NCBI GenBank assembly: GCA_023244835.1
Contig: JAHFLN010000002.1
Span: 1-54,748, forward strand
Direction of reading: 5' to 3'
DNA: 54,748 nt
Source: Candidatus Harrisonbacteria bacterium
GTDB taxonomy: Bacteria > Patescibacteriota > Minisyncoccia > UBA6257 > UBA11618
Shown here in pieces: positions 8,201-16,630 of this stretch. The notes under the pieces were generated by a model, which did not search any database, was not told where the DNA came from, and saw only the letters and a program-made list of their open reading frames with translations. Numbering within the stretch: position 1 is the stretch's first letter; each line of letters starts with the position of its first letter. Made by a program: the position numbers and the translations under genes.

Positions 8201-9403
8201 ATGGAATCTGAACGAAAACCGCGTGACCATCGGGAGCTCGGGCAATTGCTCGACCTTTTTTCGTTCCACGATATCGCTCCCGGGGCGCCTTTCTGGCACC
8301 CGAACGGCATGACGGTATTCCGCGCGCTCGAGGCCGCCGCGCGGCAGATGAACGATCGCGCCGGGTACAAAGAAATCTCCACGCCTATCATGGTGAAGAG
8401 CGAAGTTTTCAAGAAATCCGGCCATTGGGACCATTATCGCGACAATATGTTCCATTTCGCGAATCCGCGCGACAAGGACGAAGAGCTCGCGATAAAGCCT
8501 ATGAATTGCCCGGAGTCCACGTATGTCTTCAATGCTTCGACGCGGAGCTATCGCGACCTGCCGCTCCGTTTCGCCGAGATCGGCCGCCTCCACCGCAACG
8601 AGCTTTCGGGCACGCTTGGCGGACTGTTCCGCGTGCGGCAAATCACTATGGACGACGCGCATATCTATTGCCGGCCCGACCAGGCGGAAACCGAGATCCG
8701 GGATATCGTCACGACCATCTCGCGTTTTTACGGATCGTTCGGATTCAAGACAACGTACGTGCTCGCGTTACGGCCGGAGAAATTCCTCGGCGCTCAATCC
8801 GATTGGGATAAGGCCGAATCCGCGCTTGAATCCGCCCTGAAGGCGACCGGCGTTACCTACTCCATCGCTCCGGGCGAAGGCGCTTTTTACGGCCCGAAAA
8901 TCGAAGCCCATCTCTTGGATTCCCAGGGGCGCGACTGGCAGATGGGCACGGCCCAGCTCGATCTCGTGATGCTTCCTAAGCAGTTCGAGACGATGTATGT
9001 CGATGAGGATGGATCGAAAAAGATGCCGTGGGTCATCCATCGCGCCATATTCGGCTCCTTTGAGCGGTTCGTCGGCGTGCTTTTGGAGCATACGGACGGC
9101 ACGTTGCCCGCGTGGCTCGCGCCCGTGCAGGCCATCGTCCTTACCGTTTCCGACGGACAGGCCGCGTATGCGAAAGAGGTATATGAGGCGCTCATCGCTT
9201 CCGGCGTGCGAACGGAGCTCGATATGCAGAACGGTACGGTAGGCAAGAAGATCCGCGAGGCGGAAGTGCGGCGCATACCGTATATCATCGTCGTTGGCGA
9301 AAAGGAGGTCGCGGCGCGAACGGTCGCGATCCGCAAGGATATGAAGGGCGTGGATGATGCGGTTGCGGAGATTGCCCGAGCGGCGAAGATCCCGACGATT
9401 TAA
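8201..9403 (+). CDS. thrS: Threonyl-tRNA synthetase, catalytic core plus anticodon-binding domain only
   Basis: 400 aa starting at RDHRELGQLLDLFSF. This aligns with about residue 240 of E. coli ThrRS (RDHRKIGKQLDLY). Zinc-site motifs are retained (MNCPES, DDAHIY, VIHRAIFGSFERF). Class II motifs and the C-terminal anticodon-binding domain are present. No TGS or editing domain is encoded upstream. Confidence 0.9.
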   Translation: MESERKPRDHRELGQLLDLFSFHDIAPGAPFWHPNGMTVFRALEAAARQMNDRAGYKEISTPIMVKSEVFKKSGHWDHYRDNMFHFANPRDKDEELAIKPMNCPESTYVFNASTRSYRDLPLRFAEIGRLHRNELSGTLGGLFRVRQITMDDAHIYCRPDQAETEIRDIVTTISRFYGSFGFKTTYVLALRPEKFLGAQSDWDKAESALESALKATGVTYSIAPGEGAFYGPKIEAHLLDSQGRDWQMGTAQLDLVMLPKQFETMYVDEDGSKKMPWVIHRAIFGSFERFVGVLLEHTDGTLPAWLAPVQAIVLTVSDGQAAYAKEVYEALIASGVRTELDMQNGTVGKKIREAEVRRIPYIIVVGEKEVAARTVAIRKDMKGVDDAVAEIARAAKIPTI

Positions 9404-9429
9404 GGAGATTTCAGAGTTTTTAAAAAAAG

Positions 9430-9461
9430 CCGCCAGGAGAAGAATCTCTCTTGGCGGTTTT
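9430..9461. terminator. Bidirectional rho-independent terminator between thrS and the convergent small gene
   Basis: 11-bp stem ccgccaggaga (9430-9440) / tctcttggcgg (9447-9457), including one G-U pair. It is preceded by aaaaaaa (9422-9428) and followed by tttt (9458-9461). Confidence 0.75.
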
Positions 9462-9484
9462 CGATTGCAGGAACCGCAGTTTAT

Positions 9485-9829
9485 TCATTTGCCGATTTTA
9501 TTTTCCACGGCTATTACGGTGTGCCGCAGTTCCCCTTTTCCGTCTTTGTGTCCGATCCGGAGAATTCGGCATTCGTCGCCCGCGACGAGGATGTCGCCCG
9601 CGACTACGGTTTCCTTCCCCATAATCAAGACGCCCCCTTCCGCTTTCGCCGCATATTCGACGACGACAGCTCCGTTCTTATGTTCCGTCGCCGTCACATG
9701 GCCATGGCCGATGACTTCGAATGTCTCGATCAGGAATGAGCCGCTATTTCGATTCGGCCAATCTGCCGGCTGATCTCCTTTCAGCGTCACAGCCATTACA
9801 ATCAGCGCAAGTATCAGGATCCGTTTCAT
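9485..9829 (-). CDS. Small secreted hypothetical protein
   Basis: 114-aa ORF with a signal-peptide-like N-terminus MKRILILALIVMAVTL. I recognise no motif. Confidence 0.6.
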   Translation of the reverse strand: MKRILILALIVMAVTLKGDQPADWPNRNSGSFLIETFEVIGHGHVTATEHKNGAVVVEYAAKAEGGVLIMGKETVVAGDILVAGDECRILRIGHKDGKGELRHTVIAVENKIGK

Positions 9830-9922
9830 GATCAGCTTCCCTCGTGGTTATGGTTTTGATGAGCGCGCGAATACCCTGACTCGCGGCCAGTATGCTATGA
9901 AAATGCCGTTTTAGCAACCCTC

Positions 9923-11335
9923 CTATTTTAGGAGCTGTTCGAAAATCTCGCGAAGCATGGAAGGATTCCCCGCTCCTTTCAGCGCCCCCATGGCCTTTCC
10001 TACGAGAGCGTGGAGGGCTTCAACTTTTCCTTTTTTATAGTCTTCCACGGCCTTCTGATGTTCCATAATCATTTTTCTCGCAATTTCTTCGAGATGTCCC
10101 ATGTCGGAAATCTGCCCGAGCCCCCCGCTTTTTACTATTTCTTCCGGCATGCCTCCGGTTTCCACCATTTTCGCGAGCACGTCTTTCGCCGAACGGCTTG
10201 AGACCGTTCCCGACGCGGCCATATGGATGAGGCGCGCGAAATTTGCCGGCGTTGCTTTCAAGTCTTTGAATTCGATCGATTCTTTTTTCATAATCCCCCA
10301 GAGATCGCTCGTGAAATAATTATAAAGTAGGCCAGAGGGTGCCTGGGGCGCGATATTCCTAAGCTCGCTTGCCGCTTCTTCGAAGTATTCTGCCGCCAGG
10401 CGGTCTTCGGTCACGATATACGTCTCTTTTTCCGCGAGGCCGAATTCCTGCATAAATCGCGCCCGTTTTGCCGCGGGCAGTTCGGGAATGCTCGTCTGAA
10501 GCCCTTCGAGATTGAACGCTGTCGCGTCGATGGGCGGCAGGTCAGGTTCTGGGAAATAGCGGTAATCGTGCGCGTCTTCCTTGCTTCGCTGGCTTACCGT
10601 GGTTCCCTTTTCCGCGTTCCAGCCACGCGTTTCCTGCACGATCTTTTCTCCCGCTTCGAGCGCTTTTCCGTGGCGTGCGTATTCGTACTCAATCGCGTCG
10701 TGAAGCGCTTTGAACGAGTTGATGTTTTTCACCTCGACTTTCGTGCCCATATCGATCGAGATATTCGCCTCGAGGCGCATCAGTCCCCGTTCCATATCCG
10801 CTTCCGAGATGCCCATATACCGCACGATACGCTGCAGTTCCTCGGCGAACGCGACCGCTTGCCTGGCGCTTCTGATATCCGGCTCCGTCACGAGCTCCAT
10901 CAGTGCCGTCCCCGCGCGATTCAGGTCAACGAGCGAGGACTCAGCTCCGTGTGACAGTGTTCCCGCGTCTTCTTCGAGGTGGATACGGGTGATGCGGATG
11001 CCGCAGAGCTCGCCGCCTTCGACAAGCGGCTCATCATATTGCGATATCTGGTAGCCTTTCGGCAGGTCCGGGTAGAAATAATTCTTGCGGTCGAATTTCG
11101 ACCGTCCTTTCGGGAAGACCGTCCCTCCGAGTGCCATGCCGAGCATAAGCACGTAGCTCACCGCTTTCTTGTTGATCGTCGGGAGCGTTCCCGGATGGCC
11201 CGCGCATATCGGACATATCCGCATATTAGGCCGTTCCGCATCCGGATCATTCAGGCACGCGCAGAACATCTTCGTGCGCGTGCCGAGCCCGATATGGACT
11301 TCGAGCCCTATGGTCAGCTGACCGGGTTCTTTCAT
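9923..11335 (-). CDS. gatB: Asp/Glu-tRNA(Asn/Gln) amidotransferase subunit B
   Basis: 470 aa with IGLEVHIGLGTRTKMFC, CPICAGHPGTLP, YFYPDLPKGYQISQ and RYFPEPDLPP, plus a C-terminal GatB/YqeY domain. Confidence 0.95.
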   Translation of the reverse strand: MKEPGQLTIGLEVHIGLGTRTKMFCACLNDPDAERPNMRICPICAGHPGTLPTINKKAVSYVLMLGMALGGTVFPKGRSKFDRKNYFYPDLPKGYQISQYDEPLVEGGELCGIRITRIHLEEDAGTLSHGAESSLVDLNRAGTALMELVTEPDIRSARQAVAFAEELQRIVRYMGISEADMERGLMRLEANISIDMGTKVEVKNINSFKALHDAIEYEYARHGKALEAGEKIVQETRGWNAEKGTTVSQRSKEDAHDYRYFPEPDLPPIDATAFNLEGLQTSIPELPAAKRARFMQEFGLAEKETYIVTEDRLAAEYFEEAASELRNIAPQAPSGLLYNYFTSDLWGIMKKESIEFKDLKATPANFARLIHMAASGTVSSRSAKDVLAKMVETGGMPEEIVKSGGLGQISDMGHLEEIARKMIMEHQKAVEDYKKGKVEALHALVGKAMGALKGAGNPSMLREIFEQLLK

Positions 11336-11348
11336 GGATCAGAGTATA

Positions 11349-11405
11349 CCCTGTACTACAAACTCCTGCATAGTTCTTCGCAAAATAGGAGTTTGTGGTA
11401 CAGGG
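11349..11405. repeat. 19-bp inverted repeat (stem-loop) between the wall-binding gene stop and the gatB start
   Basis: ccctgtactacaaactcct (11349-11367) pairs with aggagtttgtggtacaggg (11387-11405), with one T/G position and a 19-nt loop. No T-run follows on either strand. Confidence 0.6.
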
Positions 11406-11423
11406 CGCGTATCTTCCTCGCTT

Positions 11424-12935
11424 TTAGGGCAACGAGCGGGTGAGATATTCTATTTCCGCCGCTTGCGTCGCTTCGCCGAACGTTCCTTTTCCGAAGTGGT
11501 ACTTGTCGAACGCCTCTATGAGCTTTCTGCCTGCGGGACCGAGGGGATTCTTCATAAGCGAATTCTGCATTTCCGCTACCGCCCGCTCCGTGGGCCATTC
11601 GTATTTTCCGGTCGCTCCGCGCCGTTTCAGTTCGCGCGCATCGGGTCCGATATTCATGGCTATCAGAAGGTTCTGGAGTATGCGTACTTCTTCGCCCGAA
11701 TCACCGCGTCCGAGCGGTGTCGGGAGACTTAAGAGGGTTTGGATCATTCCCGCTCTGTCTTCTACGACGGGCGCCGGCTGAGGCGCCGTTTTGATATTTA
11801 TAATTGGCATCGGGGCGATTGCCGTGGCCGTCGTTTCCGGACGAGAGAGTGCTTCTATGAATCTCGGGACGGGCATCGGGGCGATTGTCGGCGCCTTATC
11901 TGGCGCTGCTTTTTTTGCTATTTTTTCGTATTCGGCAATCGCAGCTTTCGTCGCCGGGCCATAGATGCCGTTCGGGCCGGCGATGGCGAGTTTTCGGGCG
12001 GCAGGCCCTTTATTCGCGCGCACCAATGCGTTTTGCATTTTCAGCACAACCGATTTTTCTTTATTTTTCTTTGCTGTCGCGATCAGGCTTTCGAGCGTCT
12101 CTTCCGGCTGGCTCATTTCTACTTGCGGCGCCTCTTCATTTTTCTTTACCGCAGAGATCAAGTCTTTTGGCGTCTCTTCCGGCTGGCTCATTTCTACTCG
12201 CGGCGCCGCGTTTCCGTTTTGGGCTGCGATGACTATGCCGAATCCGCGGGCATTCACGTCTTCAGACGTGAGAGCGAGACCCCAGAGGTCAGTTTCTCCA
12301 CCGTAGGTATCCCATGTGTCGTTTGCTGCCCATGCCGACATATCGGCATGGTTCGTGCCTTGAATCACTCCGCCTTTCACGAGTTTGACGGAATAGTCGC
12401 GAATCGCTTGCGGACCATCCGCTGATTTTTTGATTTCCGCGACAACGCCCCGGATCTTCGCATTTACGGGAATCTTCGTACCTAGATTCGTGAGGCGGAT
12501 ATAATAGCTTATCTGATTCGGGGCGATTTCCGCCGTTGCGCGTTCCCTGTCCTCCCGCATGACATTTTCGGGAACGTACCATCCGACCCATCCAACGGCG
12601 GGATCATTCGCGATTGCCGCTCCTTCATTTTTCGCGAGGTGTCTCCCTTGGGCGTCTTCGTATGCTATCGCGACACGCACGACGTCTATACGGGCTTTCG
12701 TTTTAGCGTCATATCCGCCACCGCCACCGCCGCCTCCGCCACCACCACTTCCGCTGCCATTACCGCTGTCGCCGAAGGCGATATTATAGGATAAGGGTAG
12801 AGAGGCCGAATTTATGAAAATACCGCTTGCCACGAAAACAATGAAAAACAATACACCGATCGCCGATTTGACGGTCTGTCCACCCGTTTCGCTTTTCAGC
12901 GCCTCCGCGATTTTCGCGAGCGCGTAATTTCTCAT
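11424..12935 (-). CDS. Membrane-anchored cell-wall protein with poly-Gly tract, 25-aa tandem repeat and peptidoglycan-binding (PG_binding_1-like) repeats
   Basis: 503 aa. It has an N-terminal TM helix (AIGVLFFIVFVASGIF), GNGSGSGGGGGGGGGGGY, a duplicated PxVEMSQPEET..LI...KKN.E unit, and C-terminal repeats such as GDSGEEVRILQNLLIAMNIGPDA...GKYEWPTERAVAEMQ. Confidence 0.8.
   Translation of the reverse strand: MRNYALAKIAEALKSETGGQTVKSAIGVLFFIVFVASGIFINSASLPLSYNIAFGDSGNGSGSGGGGGGGGGGGYDAKTKARIDVVRVAIAYEDAQGRHLAKNEGAAIANDPAVGWVGWYVPENVMREDRERATAEIAPNQISYYIRLTNLGTKIPVNAKIRGVVAEIKKSADGPQAIRDYSVKLVKGGVIQGTNHADMSAWAANDTWDTYGGETDLWGLALTSEDVNARGFGIVIAAQNGNAAPRVEMSQPEETPKDLISAVKKNEEAPQVEMSQPEETLESLIATAKKNKEKSVVLKMQNALVRANKGPAARKLAIAGPNGIYGPATKAAIAEYEKIAKKAAPDKAPTIAPMPVPRFIEALSRPETTATAIAPMPIINIKTAPQPAPVVEDRAGMIQTLLSLPTPLGRGDSGEEVRILQNLLIAMNIGPDARELKRRGATGKYEWPTERAVAEMQNSLMKNPLGPAGRKLIEAFDKYHFGKGTFGEATQAAEIEYLTRSLP
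12067..12206 (-). repeat. Two-copy 75-bp in-frame tandem repeat inside the wall-binding gene
   Basis: The core cgtctcttccggctggctcatttctac occurs at 12096 and again at 12171 (period 75). Flanking unit sequence also aligns (ttctttgc at 12067, ttctttac at 12142). Confidence 0.8.
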
Positions 12936-13000
12936 GCTTATACATATAAGTATGATTCCTCTTTCCTATAGGAGCAATTTTTTTGTGGACAACTTGAGAG

Positions 13001-14431
13001 TTACGGCTCGTATTTCCAGACCCGGTCGCTGATTTTCCCGTAGCGCGGGTCGCCGTGCGGCTCGAATGCCCCGCTTCTCCGGGCATTATAGATAAGCGCT
13101 TCTGTTTTTCCGGTGCGCCAGGGTTCTCTCGCAAACGACGAGGCGATTGCCGGATGCCCCCCATATCCTTCGAGGAATTGCCGATATGTCGGGCTGTTAA
13201 CGAAGATGGGCAATGCCCCATAGCGCCCGGCCAGCGCTTTTACTTCGGCGAATTCTCTTTTGTCCATAAGCGGCTCCATGCGAGCGCTTTCATAGAGCGT
13301 ATAGCCCGCAAGGGCGAGAAATAAGAGATATCCGCAAGCTTTCGATACGCGATTTCGTAGCAGTATTCCATAGAATATCTTTATCGTTTCTCCTGCGAGC
13401 ATGATTGCTGCGATGTCAAAAAGCAGTATGAACCTGTTATGGAAGATCGAATTGAGCGCAACGAGCGCGATCGTGACGAGCGCGTAGATTCCCATAAAAG
13501 AGAGCTTTTCGCTCCGGATGCCTTGCGCGAGCGCGTAAAGCGCGAATGGCAGATAAAACAGCATGAGCGCGCTGTGATAGAAGGAAAAGTTCACGAAATG
13601 TCCCGCGAGGAAGAGAGCTTTTTCCCGGCCGTATGTTCCTACCGCATATGACGCGGCGTTTTCCGCGTAGCCCGCGATAGCCGGGAATTGATAGATCAGG
13701 GTTCCGAGAAGCGATATGCCGAGAATCATCATCCCATATCGCTGTTTTTCCTTGTCGATGATCACGAGCCCTAGAAGCGTAATGGCGAGGGGCACGAATG
13801 TCACGAAATGGATGATTCCCGCCGCGGTCGCCCATAGCGCGGCATATGGAGACCTCCTTTGGTATGCCACCATAGCGCATAGCGTGAACGCCATCGCAAT
13901 TTCCATATTAAGGAAGAACGACCAGTATGTCAGAAATTGCGGAAGGGAAAGAGCGAATGCCATGAGACTCCAGAACGCCGCATTGCGGGAACTGTATTCT
14001 TTCGCTGCGACATAAAGCATCGCGGCAAGGCCTGCTTGCGCGCACAGCGCGAGGGTTATAAGCGCGGTCTCTGGTCCCATTCCGATCGCGCTCGACGGAT
14101 AGGCAAACAACGCGATGGGCGTCGCGGCACATGACGCGAACGTTTCGAGGCATCGGTTGAAATTCAGGTAATACGCGGCGCTATCGGCTCCCAGGCCCAT
14201 TATTCCTCCCCATCGCATGATCGGGAGCGCCCGCGATATAATCAGGATCGCGATGGGAATTCCAAGCATCGCATCGGGAATAACCGTTTTTTCCTCGTTT
14301 TCGCTTTTTTTGCTTGAGAGCGCCATGAATATTCCCCCGGCCAATGCCCAATATGCGAATATGGTCGTGAGCGGTGAACCGAGTGGCGTTGCCAGGAGCA
14401 CGAGCGCGAGATACGCTTGAGGCAGATTCAT
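13001..14431 (-). CDS. Polytopic membrane protein, GT-C-like (putative lipid-linked-sugar glycosyltransferase or polymerase)
   Basis: 476 aa with about 11 hydrophobic helices. An Asp-aromatic motif lies in an early loop (GLGADSAAYYLNF), and there is a C-terminal soluble tail. It is divergent from the GT2 gene with a 15-nt spacer. Confidence 0.6.
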   Translation of the reverse strand: MNLPQAYLALVLLATPLGSPLTTIFAYWALAGGIFMALSSKKSENEEKTVIPDAMLGIPIAILIISRALPIMRWGGIMGLGADSAAYYLNFNRCLETFASCAATPIALFAYPSSAIGMGPETALITLALCAQAGLAAMLYVAAKEYSSRNAAFWSLMAFALSLPQFLTYWSFFLNMEIAMAFTLCAMVAYQRRSPYAALWATAAGIIHFVTFVPLAITLLGLVIIDKEKQRYGMMILGISLLGTLIYQFPAIAGYAENAASYAVGTYGREKALFLAGHFVNFSFYHSALMLFYLPFALYALAQGIRSEKLSFMGIYALVTIALVALNSIFHNRFILLFDIAAIMLAGETIKIFYGILLRNRVSKACGYLLFLALAGYTLYESARMEPLMDKREFAEVKALAGRYGALPIFVNSPTYRQFLEGYGGHPAIASSFAREPWRTGKTEALIYNARRSGAFEPHGDPRYGKISDRVWKYEP

Positions 14432-14446
14432 GTGCCTCTATTCTAG

Positions 14447-15118
14447 ATGAACCGCATCGCCGTTGTCATTCCCGCTTATAACGAGGAGCGGAATGTCGCG
14501 CTTGTTGCGCGCGAAGCCGCACGGCATGCCGAGTGGGTCATCGTAGTGGATGACGGATCGCGCGACGGGACATGGGATGCCATACGAAGCCTTCAGCCTC
14601 CCATATTCCCGTATCGCCATATTATAAATCTTGGAAAAGGAGCGGCTTTGAAAACCGGATGCGCCGCCGCCGAGCTTTTCGGAGCTGCGGTTATCGTCAC
14701 GCTCGATGCCGACGGCCAACATCCTCCCGAATACATTCCCGGCATCGTGCGGCATATGGACGAGCACGGGCTCCAGTTCGTTTTCGGCGAACGGTCGGGC
14801 GGCGACCGGATGCCTTTCATCCGCCGCGCGGGGAATTACGCGATCAACCAGGCCGCGTACCGGCTCTTTAATCTTCGCACGCGGGACGTATGGTGCGGCT
14901 TCCGGGCATTTCGCGCGTCATGCCTGCCGCGCATTCCCTGGAAAGCCCGTGATTACTCGGGAGAAGTGCAGATGGCCCTCGCGGTCGGCAGGAGCGGCAT
15001 TCCTTACGGATCCTATTCCATACCCACCATATACGAGGAGGGTGCGGCAAAGGGCGTCCATATCCTCCATGGCCTGAAACTCCTCGGGCAGATGGCCTTA
15101 TGGCGCATGATGTCTTAA
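14447..15118 (+). CDS. GT2 polyprenyl-phosphate glycosyltransferase (DPM1/GtrB/ArnC-like)
   Basis: VVIPAYNEERNV, VVDDGSRDGT and LDADGQHPPEYIP. The last matches the DADxQH motif of polyprenyl-phosphate sugar synthases. Confidence 0.85.
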   Translation: MNRIAVVIPAYNEERNVALVAREAARHAEWVIVVDDGSRDGTWDAIRSLQPPIFPYRHIINLGKGAALKTGCAAAELFGAAVIVTLDADGQHPPEYIPGIVRHMDEHGLQFVFGERSGGDRMPFIRRAGNYAINQAAYRLFNLRTRDVWCGFRAFRASCLPRIPWKARDYSGEVQMALAVGRSGIPYGSYSIPTIYEEGAAKGVHILHGLKLLGQMALWRMMS

Positions 15119-15128
15119 GATATCCACC

Positions 15129-15461
15129 ATGGCAGGCATTCAGCTTATCGGGATTATCGTAGCGCTTTCGGCGATCCATTTAACCCATCTGTATTATAAG
15201 CGGTCTTATTTTTCGAAAAAGGAGCTGTTTTTTTGGGCGGGCTTATGGTGCGTTTTCATGGCACTAGCCCTTTTTCCCGGGAGCGTTTCCCCGCTTACCG
15301 GATATCTTGGTCTTGCGCGCCCTATGGATCTTATAATGATACTCGCGTTCATCGTTCTTTTTTCCGTCACATTTCATAATTACGTGATGGGTCGAACGCA
15401 TGATCGCGAACTTGAGCGCCTTGTCCGGACAATCGCTTTACGAGATGGCCGCCGACCCTGA
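15129..15461 (+). CDS. DUF2304-like small membrane protein (usual partner of GtrB-type GT2)
   Basis: 110 aa with 3-4 TM helices and a short charged C-terminal helix (HDRELERLVRTIALRD). It lies immediately downstream of the GT2 gene. Confidence 0.7.
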   Translation: MAGIQLIGIIVALSAIHLTHLYYKRSYFSKKELFFWAGLWCVFMALALFPGSVSPLTGYLGLARPMDLIMILAFIVLFSVTFHNYVMGRTHDRELERLVRTIALRDGRRP

Positions 15462-15466
15462 TTTCC

Positions 15467-16630
15467 ATGCGCATAGTCGTGTTCGCAGCTTTTTACTATC
15501 CTTACCGCGGAGGATACGTTGAAAGTGTGTACGAGGTTTCAAAAGGCCTTGTTGAGCGGGGTTTTGGCGTTACGGTGTTCGCGTGCGACACCCATCATGC
15601 CGCGCGGGAAGAGTTTCATGAAGGTATCTGCATAGTGAGGATTCCTTCGTGGAATTCCGCATGGCTGAATAACAGCTTTCCCCTGCCGAAGCCCTGGGCT
15701 CTCATCCCCCCCTTATTCCATTTATGGCGTGAGGATATCGACGCCATTATCACGGAGACGCGCTTTTTCCCCACGACGTTTATAGGGGCTGTCATGGGAT
15801 TCGTTCGCCGGATTCCCGTCGTGCATGTTGAGCAAGGCAGCTGTCACCCCGCAAGCCATCGCGGGGTCATACGCATTATCGGATCGATCATCGATCATAC
15901 GTTCGGATGGTTCGCGTGCCGCAGCGCTTCCGCGGTTGTCGGCGTTTCCGCTGCTGCCGCGGCATTTGCGAAGCATTTGGGAGCTCAAGATTCCCGTACG
16001 AGCGTCATACATAATCCAATCGATGTTTCATTTTGGCATCCTCTCCTCCACCCTTCTTTGCCGGACTCACGAGTCGTGATCGCGTTCGTTGGGCGTCTTA
16101 TCCATGCGAAGGGCGTGCAGGATCTCTTCCGCGCCCTCGTCCTCTTACGCGATTCCTTTTCTTTCCCTGAATTTTCTCGTATCGACGCAATCATCATCGG
16201 TGACGGTCCGTATCGAGCCGTTCTCGAACGGCTTGCGGCCGCATCCGGCCTTTCCCGCACCATCCGATTTCTCGGGGAAATGGATCGCATTCATATCCGT
16301 TCCGAGCTTCAGGCTGCGACCATTTTCGCGAATCCTTCGCATTCAGAGGGGCTGCCCGTATCAGTTCTCGAGGCCGCCGCCCTCGCTCTTCCTGTCATCG
16401 CAACAGATGTCGGTGGCACGCGGGAGGTCATTCCTTCCGAGTGCGGAATTCTCGTGCCTCCTCGCGATCCCGCCGCTTTTGCCGAGAAGCTTTTGTATGC
16501 CATCCGAAATCCCGAAGAATGCCGCATGTTCGGACGTGCCGCGCGCTCGCGCATCGAGAGCGCATTTTCAACTTCTTTCATCGTTGACGCGTATGAGCGC
16601 GTTCTCCGTTCCGTCATTTCCCATGGCTAA
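15467..16630 (+). CDS. GT4-family (GT-B) glycosyltransferase
   Basis: 387 aa with the N-terminus MRIVVFAAFYYPYRGG and the C-terminal motif NPSHSEGLPVSVLEAAALALPVIATDVGGTREVI. Confidence 0.85.
   Translation: MRIVVFAAFYYPYRGGYVESVYEVSKGLVERGFGVTVFACDTHHAAREEFHEGICIVRIPSWNSAWLNNSFPLPKPWALIPPLFHLWREDIDAIITETRFFPTTFIGAVMGFVRRIPVVHVEQGSCHPASHRGVIRIIGSIIDHTFGWFACRSASAVVGVSAAAAAFAKHLGAQDSRTSVIHNPIDVSFWHPLLHPSLPDSRVVIAFVGRLIHAKGVQDLFRALVLLRDSFSFPEFSRIDAIIIGDGPYRAVLERLAAASGLSRTIRFLGEMDRIHIRSELQAATIFANPSHSEGLPVSVLEAAALALPVIATDVGGTREVIPSECGILVPPRDPAAFAEKLLYAIRNPEECRMFGRAARSRIESAFSTSFIVDAYERVLRSVISHG

Noticed and set aside
8060-8662. N-terminal 201 codons of the 459-aa minus-strand ORF (7283..8662), which would give a much longer GNAT protein
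   Set aside because: From 8201 onward this stretch is antisense to the strongly supported thrS gene. It has no GNAT-like or other recognisable sequence. High-G+C DNA routinely yields long antisense ORFs. Only starts at or below 8197 were kept as possibilities.
11739-12425. 228-aa plus-strand ORF opposite the wall-binding protein gene
   Set aside because: It is antisense to an ORF with clear PG-binding repeats and a TM anchor. The product is Arg/Phe-rich low-complexity sequence.
12716-12760. Short-period repeat (ccgccaccgccaccgccgcctccgccaccacc) considered as a possible CRISPR or noncoding microsatellite
   Set aside because: It lies in frame inside the wall-binding protein gene and encodes the Gly11 tract. 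There is no spacer/repeat architecture.
16089-16622. Upstream extension of the second GT4 gene (565-aa ORF 16089..17786)
   Set aside because: The extension is an alternate frame of the preceding GT4 gene, rich in Ser/Pro/Arg with no GT motif. The GT4 N-terminus MANILIFSVDYFPYAGG begins at ATG 16623, with a typical short overlap.
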